Shown: positions 28,181 through 44,676, numbered from the stretch's first letter. The stretch is DNA of 64,000 nucleotides from an uncultured Gemmatimonadales bacterium (GCA_963823035.1 CAWGKG010000018.1:416001-480000); one strand, 5' to 3'. Notes: a model not told the origin generated them from the letters alone. Numbers and translations are program-made.

Positions 28181-30370
28181 ATGCCGGCGAAGTTCCCGAA
28201 CAACGTGCGGGCCGAGGTCCGGGCCCTGATGACGAAGCTGTGGCGGCCACGCCTCTTCCTCCTCTCCGGGACGTTCTTCGGGGCCCTGGCCGTGGGAGGG
28301 GCCCTGGGGAGCTGGCGGAACCTGTGCGCCGGTGACGCCTGCCCGTCCATCGCCCAGATCGAGACGTGGGAGCCGGAGCAGACCAGCAAGCTGCTCAGCT
28401 CGGACGGAAGGCTCATCGCCGAGATCGGCTACGAGCGGCGTACCCTCGTGTCCATCCGCGCCCTCCCGCCCTACGTCCCCCACGCCGTGGTGGCGATCGA
28501 GGACAGCCGATTCTACCAGCACCACGGCTTCGACCCGCGCGGCATCGCGCGGGCGGCCTTCGGCGTGCTCACGGGAAGGAACCTCGGCGGCGGCAGCACG
28601 ATCACGCAGCAGCTCGCCCGAAACATGTTCGACGACCAGATCGGCTTCGAGCGGCGCCTGACGCGGAAGCTGAAGGAGCTCCAGGTCGCGCTCGAGCTCG
28701 AGCGGGCCTACTCGAAGGACCAGATCCTGGAGGCGTACCTCAACGAGATCTACATGGGCCGCGGCTTCGGCTTCCAGAACGCGGCCCGGAACTACTTCGG
28801 CGAGAACGTCAAGGACGTCGACGTCGCGCAGGCGGCGCTGCTCGCCGCGATCCTGAATCGCCCGGGCTCCTACGATCCCTTCCGCCACCCCGAGCGCGCG
28901 AAGCGGCGTCGCGACCTGGTGCTGACCCGAATGGCGAAGGAGGGATACCTGACCCGGCAGGAGGCCGACCACTGGAAGGAGCAGGCCCTCCCCGAGCACG
29001 AGCCCGAGAGCACCACGGCGTCGATCGCGCCCTACTTCGAGGAGTGGGTGCGGCAGATCCTCGACTCGCGCTTCGGCGACGAGATCTACCGGAGCGGGCT
29101 GAAGGTCTACACGACGCTCGACATCGACATGCAGAAGGCGGCGATCGCGGCCATGAAGGACGGATGGGCGGCGATCGAGGCGGACCCGAACTTCGAGCAC
29201 CCCAAGTACGCGGAGTTCGACACGGTCGCGAGCTTCCCGGGACAGACGCCTTACCTCCAGGGCGCGTTCATCGCGCTCGACCCCGAGACCGGGTACGTGC
29301 GTGCCCTCATCGGGGGGCGCAACTTCGATCAGTCGAAGTTCGACCGCGCCCGCCTCGCCAAGCGGCAGGCCGGCTCCTCCTTCAAGCCGTTCGTGTACAC
29401 GGCCGCGATCGCGAGCGGGATTCCCGCGTCGCACATCGTCGTCGACGCGCCGGTGGTCTACCAGCAGGTCAGCGGTGAGGACTGGCGGCCCGCGAACTTC
29501 AACAACGAGTTCCGGGGACCGATGACGATCCGCGAGGGGCTGTACACCTCGACCAACATGATCGCCATCAAGCTGGGATGGGAGGAAGTCGGGATCGAGA
29601 CGGTCGCCCAGACAGCGCGCCGCATGGGAATCCAGACGGAGATCGAGCGCTTCCCCTCGACGACGATCGGCGCCGCGGAGGTCATCCCGATCCAGATCGC
29701 GGAAGCCTACTCGGCCTTCCCGAACCTCGGCACCAAGGTGAAGCCGTTCCCGATCCTCCGGGTCGAGGATGCGAACGGGAACGTCCTCTTCGAGCACCGG
29801 CCCGAGCGCATCCAGGTCCTGGACAGCCTGGTGAGCCGCATCATGGTGTCGATGCTGGAAGACGTCGTCACCCGCGGCACGGGCAACCTGGCGGTTCGCA
29901 CGATCGCCGGGCTGCCCCGCGAGGTGCCCGCGGCCGGCAAGACCGGGACGACGAACGACGGAACCAACGTCTGGTTCACCGGCTTCACGCCCAACCTCCT
30001 TGCCACCGTGTGGTTCGGGATGGATCGGCCGCTGCCGATCTTCAAGCTCGGCGGGACACGTCAGGCGACGGGCGGCGGGCTGGCGGGGCCGGTGTGGGGC
30101 AACTTCATGAAGTCGGTCTACTACGGGCTCCCCGGCAGCCTCGATGCGGACTCCACTGCCGGGGCGAAGCCCGGGGGTGTGCTCCCGATCCCCCGGGAAT
30201 GGCCGATCCCCGCGGGGCTCAAAGCCGTCCTCGTGGACCGCAAGACGGGCAAGCTCGCGTCGCGCTGGTGCTCGGAGGAGGACCAGTACCTCGAGTACTA
30301 CCTCCCCGGGACCGAGCCCACGGAGTTCTGCGATCAGTCCGGAGGACGGCAGTTCCGGATCCCCAGGTGA
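28181..30370 (+). CDS. mrcA: Class A penicillin-binding protein (PBP1A family)
   Basis: EDSRFYQHHG, GGSTITQQLARN, RKLKE; SSFK, STN, GKTGT. Confidence 0.93.
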   Translation: MPAKFPNNVRAEVRALMTKLWRPRLFLLSGTFFGALAVGGALGSWRNLCAGDACPSIAQIETWEPEQTSKLLSSDGRLIAEIGYERRTLVSIRALPPYVPHAVVAIEDSRFYQHHGFDPRGIARAAFGVLTGRNLGGGSTITQQLARNMFDDQIGFERRLTRKLKELQVALELERAYSKDQILEAYLNEIYMGRGFGFQNAARNYFGENVKDVDVAQAALLAAILNRPGSYDPFRHPERAKRRRDLVLTRMAKEGYLTRQEADHWKEQALPEHEPESTTASIAPYFEEWVRQILDSRFGDEIYRSGLKVYTTLDIDMQKAAIAAMKDGWAAIEADPNFEHPKYAEFDTVASFPGQTPYLQGAFIALDPETGYVRALIGGRNFDQSKFDRARLAKRQAGSSFKPFVYTAAIASGIPASHIVVDAPVVYQQVSGEDWRPANFNNEFRGPMTIREGLYTSTNMIAIKLGWEEVGIETVAQTARRMGIQTEIERFPSTTIGAAEVIPIQIAEAYSAFPNLGTKVKPFPILRVEDANGNVLFEHRPERIQVLDSLVSRIMVSMLEDVVTRGTGNLAVRTIAGLPREVPAAGKTGTTNDGTNVWFTGFTPNLLATVWFGMDRPLPIFKLGGTRQATGGGLAGPVWGNFMKSVYYGLPGSLDADSTAGAKPGGVLPIPREWPIPAGLKAVLVDRKTGKLASRWCSEEDQYLEYYLPGTEPTEFCDQSGGRQFRIPR

Positions 30371-30599
30371 GTGCGGCCGGGTATCCGACCTTCATCTTCG
30401 ATTCGACCAACGCGGCGCTCTGGGCCGAGGAGGTCGCGAAGGAGCACGGGATCCCCGTCGAGGTGGTCTCGGCGCCGGCGGACTCCGACGCCAAGTGCGA
30501 CCTGGCGCTCGTCACGCTCGCCGCCCGGCTGGACGACCTCGAACGGGCGCTGCGTGCGGCCGGGGTCACCTTCCGACGCTGGACGTCGACGGTCACTAG
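30367..30599 (+). CDS. Small DUF3343-like protein (3' end uncertain, probable frameshift)
   Basis: FIFDSTNAALWAEEVAKEHGIPVEVVSAP....AKCDLAL pattern; GTG overlaps the PBP stop. Confidence 0.6.
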
Positions 30600-30611
30600 C
30601 CCAGCCTCCCT

Positions 30612-31925
30612 TCAGAGGTCGGCGGCGCCGATGCGATGGGAGATCAAGGGCCTCGGCGACGGCCGCGCACCCAGGCGGATGGCGCCCCGGAGAATGCGGG
30701 TGCCGGCCTCGACGCCCCGTGGGTCGCGCGCGTGCACGGTGCCGAGGCGATCGCCGGGTACCACGCGATCGCCCGGACGAGCGTCGATCTCGAAGCCCAC
30801 GGCGGGGTCGATCTCGTCCTCCATGCGGGTGCGCCCCCCGCCGAGGGTGACCACGCCCAGGCCGAGCGCGCGCGGCTCCACCTGGGCGACGAAGCCCTCC
30901 GCCTCGGCCCGGACCTCGCGGCGCTCGGGGGCCGACGCGATCATCGAGGCGTCGTCCACGACGCGCGGATCGCCACCCTGCGCCTCGACCAGGCGCACGA
31001 ACCGCTCCAGCGCCGCGCCCGACCCGAGACGCTCGCGGGCACGCCCGAGCGCCTCCTCCTCTCCGACGCTCCCGTCGGCCATGCGCAGCATCTCCGCGGC
31101 CTCCGCCACCACGAGGTCGCGCAGATCCGGCGGGCCCTCGCCGCGCAGGCATGCGATCGCTTCCCGTGTCTCGAGCCCGTTGCCCACCGCCCTTCCCAGC
31201 GGCCGGTCCATCGCGGTCAGCAGCGCCACGGTGGCCAACCCCCGCTTCACCCCGATCGACACCATGGCGCGCGCCAGCTCGAGGGCGCGCTCCTCCTCCG
31301 GGAGGAACGCGCCCGACCCGACCTTCACGTCCAGGACGAGCGCGTCGAGTCCCTCGGCGAGCTTCTTGCTCATGATGCTCGCAGCGATGAGCGGGATCAC
31401 CGGGACCGTGCCCGTGACGTCGCGCAGGGCGTAGAGGCGGCGATCCAGGGGAGCGATCTCCTCGGTCTGTCCGATCATGGCGCACCCGACCTCGGCCAGG
31501 ACGCGGCGGAACTCGCCGAGCTCCATCCCCGTGCGAAAGCCCGGGATCGCCTCGAGCTTGTCGAGCGTTCCGGTGGTGTGCCCGAGCCCCCGGCCGGAGA
31601 TCATCGGCACGTACAGGCCGAGGGCGGCCGCGAGGGGCGCGAGGACGAGGGAGACCTTGTCGCCGACCCCGCCCGTGGAGTGCTTGTCCACCCGCGGTCC
31701 GTCGAGCCCACTCAGGTCGAGGGTGGCGCCCGACTCCAGCATGCAGCGCACCAGCACGTCGGTCTCGCCGGCATCCAGGCCGCGGAAGCAGGTCGCCATC
31801 AAGAAGGCGGCCATCTGGTAGTCGGGGACCCGGTCTTCGAGGTATCCCACGAGGAAGTCCTCCAGCTCCCGGGGCGTCAGCCGGCGGCCGTCCCGCTTCG
31901 CCTCGATGAGCCGTGACGGGATCAT
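30612..31925 (-). CDS. pdp: Pyrimidine-nucleoside/thymidine phosphorylase
   Basis: DKHSTGGVGDK, SGRGLGHTTGTLDKLE, SIMSKKLAEG, LDVKVGSGAF. Confidence 0.95.
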   Translation of the reverse strand: MIPSRLIEAKRDGRRLTPRELEDFLVGYLEDRVPDYQMAAFLMATCFRGLDAGETDVLVRCMLESGATLDLSGLDGPRVDKHSTGGVGDKVSLVLAPLAAALGLYVPMISGRGLGHTTGTLDKLEAIPGFRTGMELGEFRRVLAEVGCAMIGQTEEIAPLDRRLYALRDVTGTVPVIPLIAASIMSKKLAEGLDALVLDVKVGSGAFLPEEERALELARAMVSIGVKRGLATVALLTAMDRPLGRAVGNGLETREAIACLRGEGPPDLRDLVVAEAAEMLRMADGSVGEEEALGRARERLGSGAALERFVRLVEAQGGDPRVVDDASMIASAPERREVRAEAEGFVAQVEPRALGLGVVTLGGGRTRMEDEIDPAVGFEIDARPGDRVVPGDRLGTVHARDPRGVEAGTRILRGAIRLGARPSPRPLISHRIGAADL

Positions 31926-31964
31926 TGACCCTTCCCTTCCCCCTCGTGACATTCGTGCCTGCTC

Positions 31965-32780
31965 ATGAAAGGAACCCTGAAACCGCGAGCCCATGCGTTC
32001 CTCGTCGCCGTCGCGCTATGGATCCCCGCCGGGCCCGTCGCGGCCCAGACGTCGGGGTCCGAGAGCGTGCTGACGAGCGGAGACGTCGAACGCCTCGTGC
32101 GGCAGAGCGACGCGGCACACGCGAGCTTCGATCTCAAGGCAGCCCTGGACTTGCTGGACGACGCGCTCGACGTCGCGCCCGACGACTATGAGGCCCTGTG
32201 GCGGGCCACCCGCGAGGCCGTCAACCTCGGTATGCTGGCCTCGTCCGGTGACGACGCCAAGGCATGGTACCAGACCGCGGTAGGTTACGCTCGTCGTGCG
32301 CGGGAGGCGAACCCCGAGGGGATCGAGGGAGGGGAGTGGCTCGCGATCGCGCTCGGGCGCGAGGCGCTCCACGAGGGTCCCCGATCACGTGTCCGCATGG
32401 CCGTCGAGATCCGTGAAGTGGCGCTCGAGACCCTCGCGCGCGACTCGACCAACGCGGGCGCCCATCACGTCCTCGGTGAATGGAACGCGCAGATTCGCCG
32501 GCTCTCCGGCGTCGAGCGATGGATGGCGAGGAAACTGCTCGGCGGCTCCGTCTTCGAGGAGGCGAACTGGGAGGACGCGGAACGCCACCTCCGACTCGCG
32601 ATCCGCTTCGACCCCGACGGGCTGATCCACTACCTCGATCTCGCCCGCGTCTATCAGGACACGGGCCGTGAGGAAGACGCCCTGCGGCTCGCGGCCGACG
32701 TGCTCGCGAAACCTTCGATCGAGCCCTCGGACGCCCTCACGAAGAAGGAGGCGGAAGCCCTCATCCTCGGGGGCGGATGA
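31965..32780 (+). CDS. Secreted TPR protein
   Basis: Signal peptide; helical repeats (YEALWRATR, AGAHHVLGEW, HYLDLARVY). Confidence 0.75.
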   Translation: MKGTLKPRAHAFLVAVALWIPAGPVAAQTSGSESVLTSGDVERLVRQSDAAHASFDLKAALDLLDDALDVAPDDYEALWRATREAVNLGMLASSGDDAKAWYQTAVGYARRAREANPEGIEGGEWLAIALGREALHEGPRSRVRMAVEIREVALETLARDSTNAGAHHVLGEWNAQIRRLSGVERWMARKLLGGSVFEEANWEDAERHLRLAIRFDPDGLIHYLDLARVYQDTGREEDALRLAADVLAKPSIEPSDALTKKEAEALILGGG

Positions 32781-32819
32781 CACGCCCACCGGCGAGAAGG
32801 TCGCGCGTGCAGGGGGACT

Positions 32820-33065
32820 TCAGGGAACGAGTCTCTTCCGGGCGCCGCGGATCGCGTCGTCCACCTTCACGCGCACGTCGTCGGCCAGGTCATCCCAGCG
32901 ATCGGAGGCGGTGTCGCGGAGGTCGTCGGCCTTCTTGCGGATCCGGCGGCGCGTGCGTTTCCCCGGCTCTGGCGCCATGAGCAGAGCGATCCCCGCGCCG
33001 ATGACGGCTCCCAGCAACAGCCCCGAGACGAAGTTGAGCACCTGCGTTTCCTGGTCGTATTCCAT
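32820..33065 (-). CDS. YtxH-domain protein
   Basis: FVSGLLLGAVIGAGIALLMAPEPGKRTRRRI. Confidence 0.85.
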   Translation of the reverse strand: MEYDQETQVLNFVSGLLLGAVIGAGIALLMAPEPGKRTRRRIRKKADDLRDTASDRWDDLADDVRVKVDDAIRGARKRLVP

Positions 33066-33161
33066 GGTCCCCTCTCTCTCTTGGCCGCGCCTACCATCCG
33101 GCAGGCCGTTTCATGTCCTATATTAGCGGAGGCCGAACTGCCCGACGAGACAGGAGGTTGG

Positions 33162-33704
33162 ATGGACAACACGGCGAGCACGCCCCGGGAGGTCGCCGTC
33201 CCGGTGTCGGTCTTCGCGATACTCCGCAAGGAGCTTGCCACGGAGGTCGGTGCCCTTCCGGCCATCCATGCGCTCCACGCCGCCGGCTACCAGGCCGGAA
33301 CGGAAGCCGCCCAGGCCTTCCCGACGAATGTCGAAGAGGACGTCTCCTCGCTCGCCGAAGGTGACTTCTGGAGCCGCTTCACCTCGTTCTTCGCCAGGCG
33401 CGGATGGGGCACCCTGGCACCCGGCACGTCGCACGCCGCCGTGGGGCTTCTGGAGAGCGCCGACTGGGTCGAGTCCGGCGAGGCCGCGGAGGGGGAGGAT
33501 GCGTCCTGCACCTTCAGCACCGGATACCTCGCGGGCTTCCTGAGCACGCTCGCCGGGGGTCCGGTCGCCGTCCTCGAGGTGTCCTGCCGCGCCCGCGGAG
33601 CCGAGCGCTGCTCGTTCGCATTCGGATCGGCGAGCGCGGTCCACGAGCTCTACGGGTACCTCCTCGAAGGCGAGGACCTCGAGGGGGCGCTCGCGGCGCT
33701 CTAG
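33162..33704 (+). CDS. V4R (4-vinyl reductase) domain protein
   Basis: GWG, C.F..GYLAG, EVSCRARGAERCSF; AGGAGG RBS. Confidence 0.8.
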   Translation: MDNTASTPREVAVPVSVFAILRKELATEVGALPAIHALHAAGYQAGTEAAQAFPTNVEEDVSSLAEGDFWSRFTSFFARRGWGTLAPGTSHAAVGLLESADWVESGEAAEGEDASCTFSTGYLAGFLSTLAGGPVAVLEVSCRARGAERCSFAFGSASAVHELYGYLLEGEDLEGALAAL

Positions 33705-33715
33705 GTCTCCATCCC

Positions 33716-34138
33716 ATGCGTGTGCTCGGCATCGACTTCGGGGAGAAGCGCATCGGCCTGGCCTTGAGCGACCCCACCGGTACCCTCGCGGCTCCTCTGG
33801 AGACGGTGAGCCGGCGCAGGGGAAAGCGGCCGCCCCTCCGCCGTCTCGAGGAGATCGGGCGGGAGCACGAGGTCCAGCACATCGTCGTCGGACTCCCCCT
33901 CGACCTCGGCGGGAACGAGACCCCATGGTGCGGGGAAGTACGCGCCATGGGAGACGAGCTCGCTGCCCGCATGGAGGTCCCGGTGGACTACGTCGATGAG
34001 CGCTTCACGTCGGCGCGGGCGGAACGCGCCATCCGCTCGATCGGGCTCCCCAAGGGTCGGCGCGAGGAGAAGGGGCGCGTGGACGCCGCCGCGGCGGCGT
34101 TGATCCTCCAGGCCTGGCTCGATCGGAGTCCTTCGTGA
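33716..34138 (+). CDS. ruvX: YqgF/RuvX nuclease
   Basis: LGIDFGEKRIGLALSD, VVGLP, VDERFTS, DAAAAALILQ. Confidence 0.95.
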   Translation: MRVLGIDFGEKRIGLALSDPTGTLAAPLETVSRRRGKRPPLRRLEEIGREHEVQHIVVGLPLDLGGNETPWCGEVRAMGDELAARMEVPVDYVDERFTSARAERAIRSIGLPKGRREEKGRVDAAAAALILQAWLDRSPS

Positions 34139-35134
34139 AGCGTCGGTCCGCGGCGCTCGTGGGCGTCCTGCTCCTGGCAGCGTGCGGTGGCTCGGAGCCG
34201 GGAGATCCGGTGGAGATCCAGGTGCCACGAGGGGCGAGCTTCTCCGTCGTGGTCGACACGCTGCACGACCGCGGGATCGTTGGATGGCCGCGCCTGTTCC
34301 GCGTCTACGCGCGCCTCAGGGGGGACGACGAGCGCGTGAAGGCGGGGCGCTACGCCCTGTCGACCGGACGAAGCTGGTCCGACCTCCTCGAGGACCTCAC
34401 GAGGGGGAGGGTCGTCACCGAGCCCCTCACGATTCCGGAAGGCTTCCGCCTCAGGCAGATCGCCCCGCGCGTAGCTGCCCTGACCGAGCTTTCAGAAGAC
34501 ACCGTGCTCGGCCGGCTCGAAGCCGCCGGGGCCGACACCGTCTACGGCGTGCCGGGCCCTGGACTGGAGGGATACCTCTTCCCCGACACGTACCTCTTCG
34601 CGGCGGGCGTGCCCCTGGACACGGTGCTCCGCGCCATGGCGCGGCGGTACGAGCGGACATGGACCCCCGAGCGGAGGGTACTCCTCGATTCGATCGGTCT
34701 CTCCGAGCAGGAGGCGGTGACGCTGGCATCCATCGTACAGGCCGAGGCCCGCCTCCCCGAGGAGATGCCGCGCATCGCGAGCGTGTACCTCAACCGCTTG
34801 CGAGCTCGGATGGCTTCTCCAGGCGGACCCCACCGTGCTCTACGCGCTGGGCGGGCCCCGCGACCGCCTCCTCTTCGCGGCGATCGACTCCGTCGCCGAC
34901 GATCCGTACAACACGTACACCCAGGCCGGACTTCCTCCCGGTCCCATCGGCGCCCCCGGGGAGGCGGCCATCGACGCCGTGCTCCATCCATCCGGGGAGG
35001 CGTTCCTCTACTTCGTCGCCTGGCCGGACGGCAGCCATCACTTCAGCCGCACCCTCGCGGAGCACAACCGAGCGGTGGCCGAGGCCCGGAGGGCGCGGGC
35101 GAGCGACGCCGGACCCGACTCCCGAGCGCGGTGA
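34135..35134 (+). CDS. mltG: Endolytic transglycosylase; frameshift near 34810
   Basis: TIPEG, LEGYLFPDTY, LASIVQAE, DPTVLY, PYNTY..AGLPPGPI, LYFVA. Confidence 0.92.
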
Positions 35135-35769
35135 ACGCCGGCGAGCTGGCGGTCGCTCTGCGCGTGCTGGTGATCACCGACCAGCGCCTCGCGGGAGCAC
35201 GTGGCGTCGCGAAGGTGGTCGAGGCCGCGCTCGAGGCGGGAGCGCGGTCCGTCCAGCTTCGCAACAAGGGCGAGAGCGCCCGCCAGCTCGTCGCCGTCGG
35301 GCGCGAGCTACGTGCGATGACCCGGTCGAAGGGAGCGCTCCTCTTCGTCAACGATCGACTGGACGTCGCGCTGGCGCTCGAGGCGGACGGCGTCCACCTC
35401 GGTCCCGACGACCTCCCGGTGGCCGCGGTCCGCGCGGTCGTGCCACCGGAGTTCCTGATCGGCCGATCCGCGGACGACCCCGGGTGGCGCGCCAGGCGGT
35501 CGCGGAGGGGGCGGACTACATCGGCTGCGGCACGGTCTACGCCACCAGCACGAAGGCCGATGCGGGGGCGGTGATCGGGCTCCAGGGTCTTCAGGCGGGT
35601 CGCCGGCGCGGTGCGGGTACCCGTCGTCGGGATCGGTGGGATCACGGTGGCGCGTGCGGCCGAGGTCGCCCGAACCGGCGCAGCCGGCGTGGCGGTGGTG
35701 GGCGCGGTGATGGGCGCGGCGGATCCGGGTGAGGCCGTTCGCGGCCTGCGCGCGGCCTTTCTGCCCTGA
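35131..35769 (+). CDS. thiE: Thiamine-phosphate synthase; frameshifts near 35480 and 35595
   Basis: VQLRNK, FVNDRLD, DGVHLGPDD, ADYIGCG, TSTK, VVGIGGI. Confidence 0.92.
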
Positions 35770-35777
35770 CGCAAAGA

Positions 35778-35819
35778 GAACGCCCCCGGGACGCGAGTAA
35801 GAGCGAAGCGGGGGCGTTC
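35778..35819 (-). terminator. Stem-loop between convergent thiE and 5S rRNA
   Basis: gaacgcccccg...cgggggcgttc 11-bp arms; TCTTT follows on the minus strand. Confidence 0.6.
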
Positions 35820-35827
35820 AGCAAGGA

Positions 35828-35945
35828 GTCGGCGGCGACGTACTCTCCCACCGAGCTGCCCCGGCAGTACCATCCGCGCTGTAGGGCTTAACGACCGTGT
35901 TCGGGATGGGAACGGGTGTATCCCCTACGCTAAAGCCACCGACAA
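35828..35945 (-). rRNA. rrf: 5S ribosomal RNA
   Basis: Reverse complement contains CCCGTTCCCATCCCGAACACGG and GGTGGGAGAGTA. Confidence 0.95.
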
Positions 35946-36241
35946 ATCCTGAGGCGGGCCGTTGAAATCGGCGCAGGAGGTCGTTGGGCTCCGGGCGCCG
36001 ACCTGCGACGTACCTTTCGGTACGCCTCGGTCGTCGTCCTCGCTCGCCTACTCCTGCATCCGAATTGAACGGCCCCAGTACAACGTGGTTTGTGGGGCCG
36101 TTCTTCGGCCTGCAAAAGAAAAGGACAGAGGTGGAGTAGAGAGAGTGCGAGCCCAGGTTCCCGTTGGGGTCCCACGGATGGGTCCCCGGGAAGTGGCGGC
36201 GCAATCGTGTGATGATGTGAAACTGGATGGGGAGAGGAGCC

Positions 36242-39213
<2,972 letters not shown>

Positions 39214-39390
39214 GATGGCTCCTTGCTTGCCCCTATGGGCTGCAATTCCCCTCCAGTCACACCAGAAAGCCGTCACTTCCTTTCCTGCTTGCTTCACGGG
39301 CTTCGGCTACTTCGCCCCGGACCGCGCGACCTTACTGCGCTTAGGACGACCTAGCCTCAACCTAAGGCTCTCACTTCCCTACTCCACCTC

Positions 39391-39405
39391 TGTTTTCAAA
39401 AAGCT
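39391..39405 (-). promoter_or_regulatory. rrn boxA-like antiterminator
   Basis: AGCTTTTTGAAAACA in the leader on the minus strand. Confidence 0.55.
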
Positions 39406-39459
39406 CGTTTGGGCTCCGCGCGGACGCCCGGCATGACCAGGCTTCCGGTGGAGCAGGTA

Positions 39460-39488
39460 AAGATAGAGCAACGGAAGGGGTCGGTCAA
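39460..39488 (-). promoter_or_regulatory. Sigma70 promoter of the 23S-5S unit
   Basis: TTGACC, 17 bp, TATCTT on the minus strand. Confidence 0.7.
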
Positions 39489-39503
39489 CGTGACGAAACC
39501 CGG

Positions 39504-40322
39504 TCAGATCCCGCCTTCCGCGAGAAGCTTCTCGACCTCGTCTCCGCTGACGAAGAAATCGCCCAGGACGTAGCCGGATTCGGGCGTGTGCCAGTCCGAT
39601 CCCCCGCTCTTCAGGAGGCCCGTCGTGCGGCAGATCGACTCGAGGCGCAGCACGTCGTTGCGACCGTGCGAGGGCCGGTAGATCTCGAGACCGCGCAGCC
39701 CGGCGCTGGTCATGCCGGGAAGCAGTGCGTCGATGACGTCGCCGGGCGGATGGGCCCACACCGGGACGCCCCCTCCGTCCCGGACGAGGCGCACCGCCTC
39801 CTCCGGCCCGAGCAGCGCAGTGGGCACGAAGGCCGGGTGCTGATCGCCGATGAGCGAGTTGAAGGCGTCCAGGACGGACGAAGCGTAGCCGCGCTTCACC
39901 AACGCGCGGGCCAGATGGGGGCGCCCGAGGTTCACGCGGTCGGGACCGGCCGCCGCCTCCACATCGTCGAAGGAGACCTCCACCCCCTGGGATCGGAGTC
40001 GGGCCACCATCTCACGCATGCGCTCGTCGCGCCGCTCGCCGGCTCGGCGCGCGTGGACCTGAAGGGCCTCGGAGAGCGGGTCCACGAAGTAGCCGAGCAC
40101 GTGGACGTCCCGGCCCTGCCAGGTCGAGCTCACCTCGAGGGCGGGGACCACCTGGACGTTGTGCGCCGCGCCCGCCGCCTGGGCGGCGGCCACACCGGCC
40201 ACCGTGTCGTGATCGGCGATCGCGATGACGTCGAGCCCGCCGCGGGCGGCACCCTCCACGACCTTCTCGGGAGACCACGCCCCGTCGGACGCCGTGGTGT
40301 GGATGTGGAGGTCGAGCCTCAT
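39504..40322 (-). CDS. PHP-domain phosphoesterase (TrpH/YciV-like)
   Basis: DLHIHTTASDG, IADHDT, GRPHLA, AHP, GGSDWH. Confidence 0.92.
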   Translation of the reverse strand: MRLDLHIHTTASDGAWSPEKVVEGAARGGLDVIAIADHDTVAGVAAAQAAGAAHNVQVVPALEVSSTWQGRDVHVLGYFVDPLSEALQVHARRAGERRDERMREMVARLRSQGVEVSFDDVEAAAGPDRVNLGRPHLARALVKRGYASSVLDAFNSLIGDQHPAFVPTALLGPEEAVRLVRDGGGVPVWAHPPGDVIDALLPGMTSAGLRGLEIYRPSHGRNDVLRLESICRTTGLLKSGGSDWHTPESGYVLGDFFVSGDEVEKLLAEGGI

Positions 40323-40354
40323 GCGTCACTCGGCCGCCTTCCGGCCCCGTGCTG

Positions 40355-40696
40355 CTAGACGAGGGGGTTTCCGGCGTTCGCCAGAACGTCCTCCGGGTGG
40401 ATGATCGCCTCCGGAGGAACCGTCTCGGGAGGCTCGTCTCCGGCGTACTCGGTGAGGATCGTCACCTGGTCGTCCTGCACCTTCAGCACGCCCCCGGCGA
40501 CGTACCACTTCGTGCTCCCCCCGCCCTCCGCCTCGATCGACAGCTCGCCATGTCCGAGCAGCGCGAGGAAGGGCGCGTGCTGCGGGAGGATGCCGATCTT
40601 CCCGTCCCACGCCGGGACCACCAGCGCGGAGGCTTCGCCCTCCCACACGACGCGGTCGGGCGAGACGACCCGGACGCGCAGCACGCGGTCCGCCAT
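40355..40696 (-). CDS. atpC: ATP synthase epsilon subunit
   Basis: VVSPDR, GKIGILPQHAP, VAGGVL; last gene of the atp operon. Confidence 0.92.
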   Translation of the reverse strand: MADRVLRVRVVSPDRVVWEGEASALVVPAWDGKIGILPQHAPFLALLGHGELSIEAEGGGSTKWYVAGGVLKVQDDQVTILTEYAGDEPPETVPPEAIIHPEDVLANAGNPLV

Positions 40697-40698
40697 GG

Positions 40699-42171
<1,473 letters not shown>

Positions 42172-43032
42172 TCACTCGAGGCCTGCGGCGCCGCCGACGA
42201 TCTCGGCGATTTCCTGCGTGATCTGGCCCTGGCGGGCCCGGTTGTACGTCCGGGTGAGGTTCTCGAGCATCTCCCCGGCGTTGTCCGTCGCGTTCTTCAT
42301 CGCGGTGCGCTGCGCTCCCTGGAACGCGGCCGCGTTCTCCACCAGCGCCGTGTAGATCGCGTTGCGCACATACACGGGGAGGATCCGCTCCAGGATCATG
42401 TCCCCCGGCGGTGAAAGCATGAAGCTGTCGGCCGAAGTGGAGCTGGCCTCCGGGCGTATGGGCAGGAGCTCGCGTGCGCGGGCCGGTGCCGACATCGCGG
42501 AGCGGAACTCCGAGCTGACCACGTACACCGCGTCCAGCCTTCCCGCCTCGAAGTGCGCGCGGAGGGGTCCGATCAGAGACTCCGCGTCGTCGACGGTGGG
42601 GGCCTCGCCGATGTCCAGCCGCTGGGTCTCCATCGGCTCCCCCCGGAAACGGAAGAACGCGATGCCCTTCTTCCCCGCGATGTGCAGCTCCGTTTCGATC
42701 CCTTCCCCCCGCAGCTTCGCGAGGAGGTTCCTGGCCTCGCGGATGAGGTTGGCGTTGAACGCCCCCGCCAGCCCGCGGTTGGCCGTGAGGAGGAAGATCG
42801 CGGCGCGCTTCGTCTCGACGGGCCGCCGGAGGATGGGGAAGCGCTCGGCGAGCGCCGGGGAATAGAGGCCCCGGACGATGTCCCCCAGTGCCTCCGAATA
42901 CGGCCTCGCAGCATACACGCGGTCCGTCGCCCGCTTGAGCTTCGAGGTCGCCACGAGCTCCATGGTGCGCGTGATCTGCCGGGTGTTCTCCACCGACTTG
43001 ATCCGTCGCTTGACTTCCCTGGCGCCAGCCAC
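42172..43032 (-). CDS. atpG: ATP synthase gamma subunit
   Basis: RIKSVENTRQITRTMELVATSK, RGLAGAFN, YNRARQGQITQEIAEI. Confidence 0.98.
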   Translation of the reverse strand: MAGAREVKRRIKSVENTRQITRTMELVATSKLKRATDRVYAARPYSEALGDIVRGLYSPALAERFPILRRPVETKRAAIFLLTANRGLAGAFNANLIREARNLLAKLRGEGIETELHIAGKKGIAFFRFRGEPMETQRLDIGEAPTVDDAESLIGPLRAHFEAGRLDAVYVVSSEFRSAMSAPARARELLPIRPEASSTSADSFMLSPPGDMILERILPVYVRNAIYTALVENAAAFQGAQRTAMKNATDNAGEMLENLTRTYNRARQGQITQEIAEIVGGAAGLE

Positions 43033-43068
43033 GTGTTCGTCCCCTCCAGGTGGTCGGGAGTCGCCGGA

Positions 43069-44643
<1,575 letters not shown>

Positions 44644-44676
44644 CGTATTCTGTCGAATCCTGAGTGATGGGGGTCG

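Noticed and set aside
27128..29797. 889-aa minus-strand ORF
   Set aside because: Antisense shadow of PBP1A; only the last ~177 aa (FolK) are real
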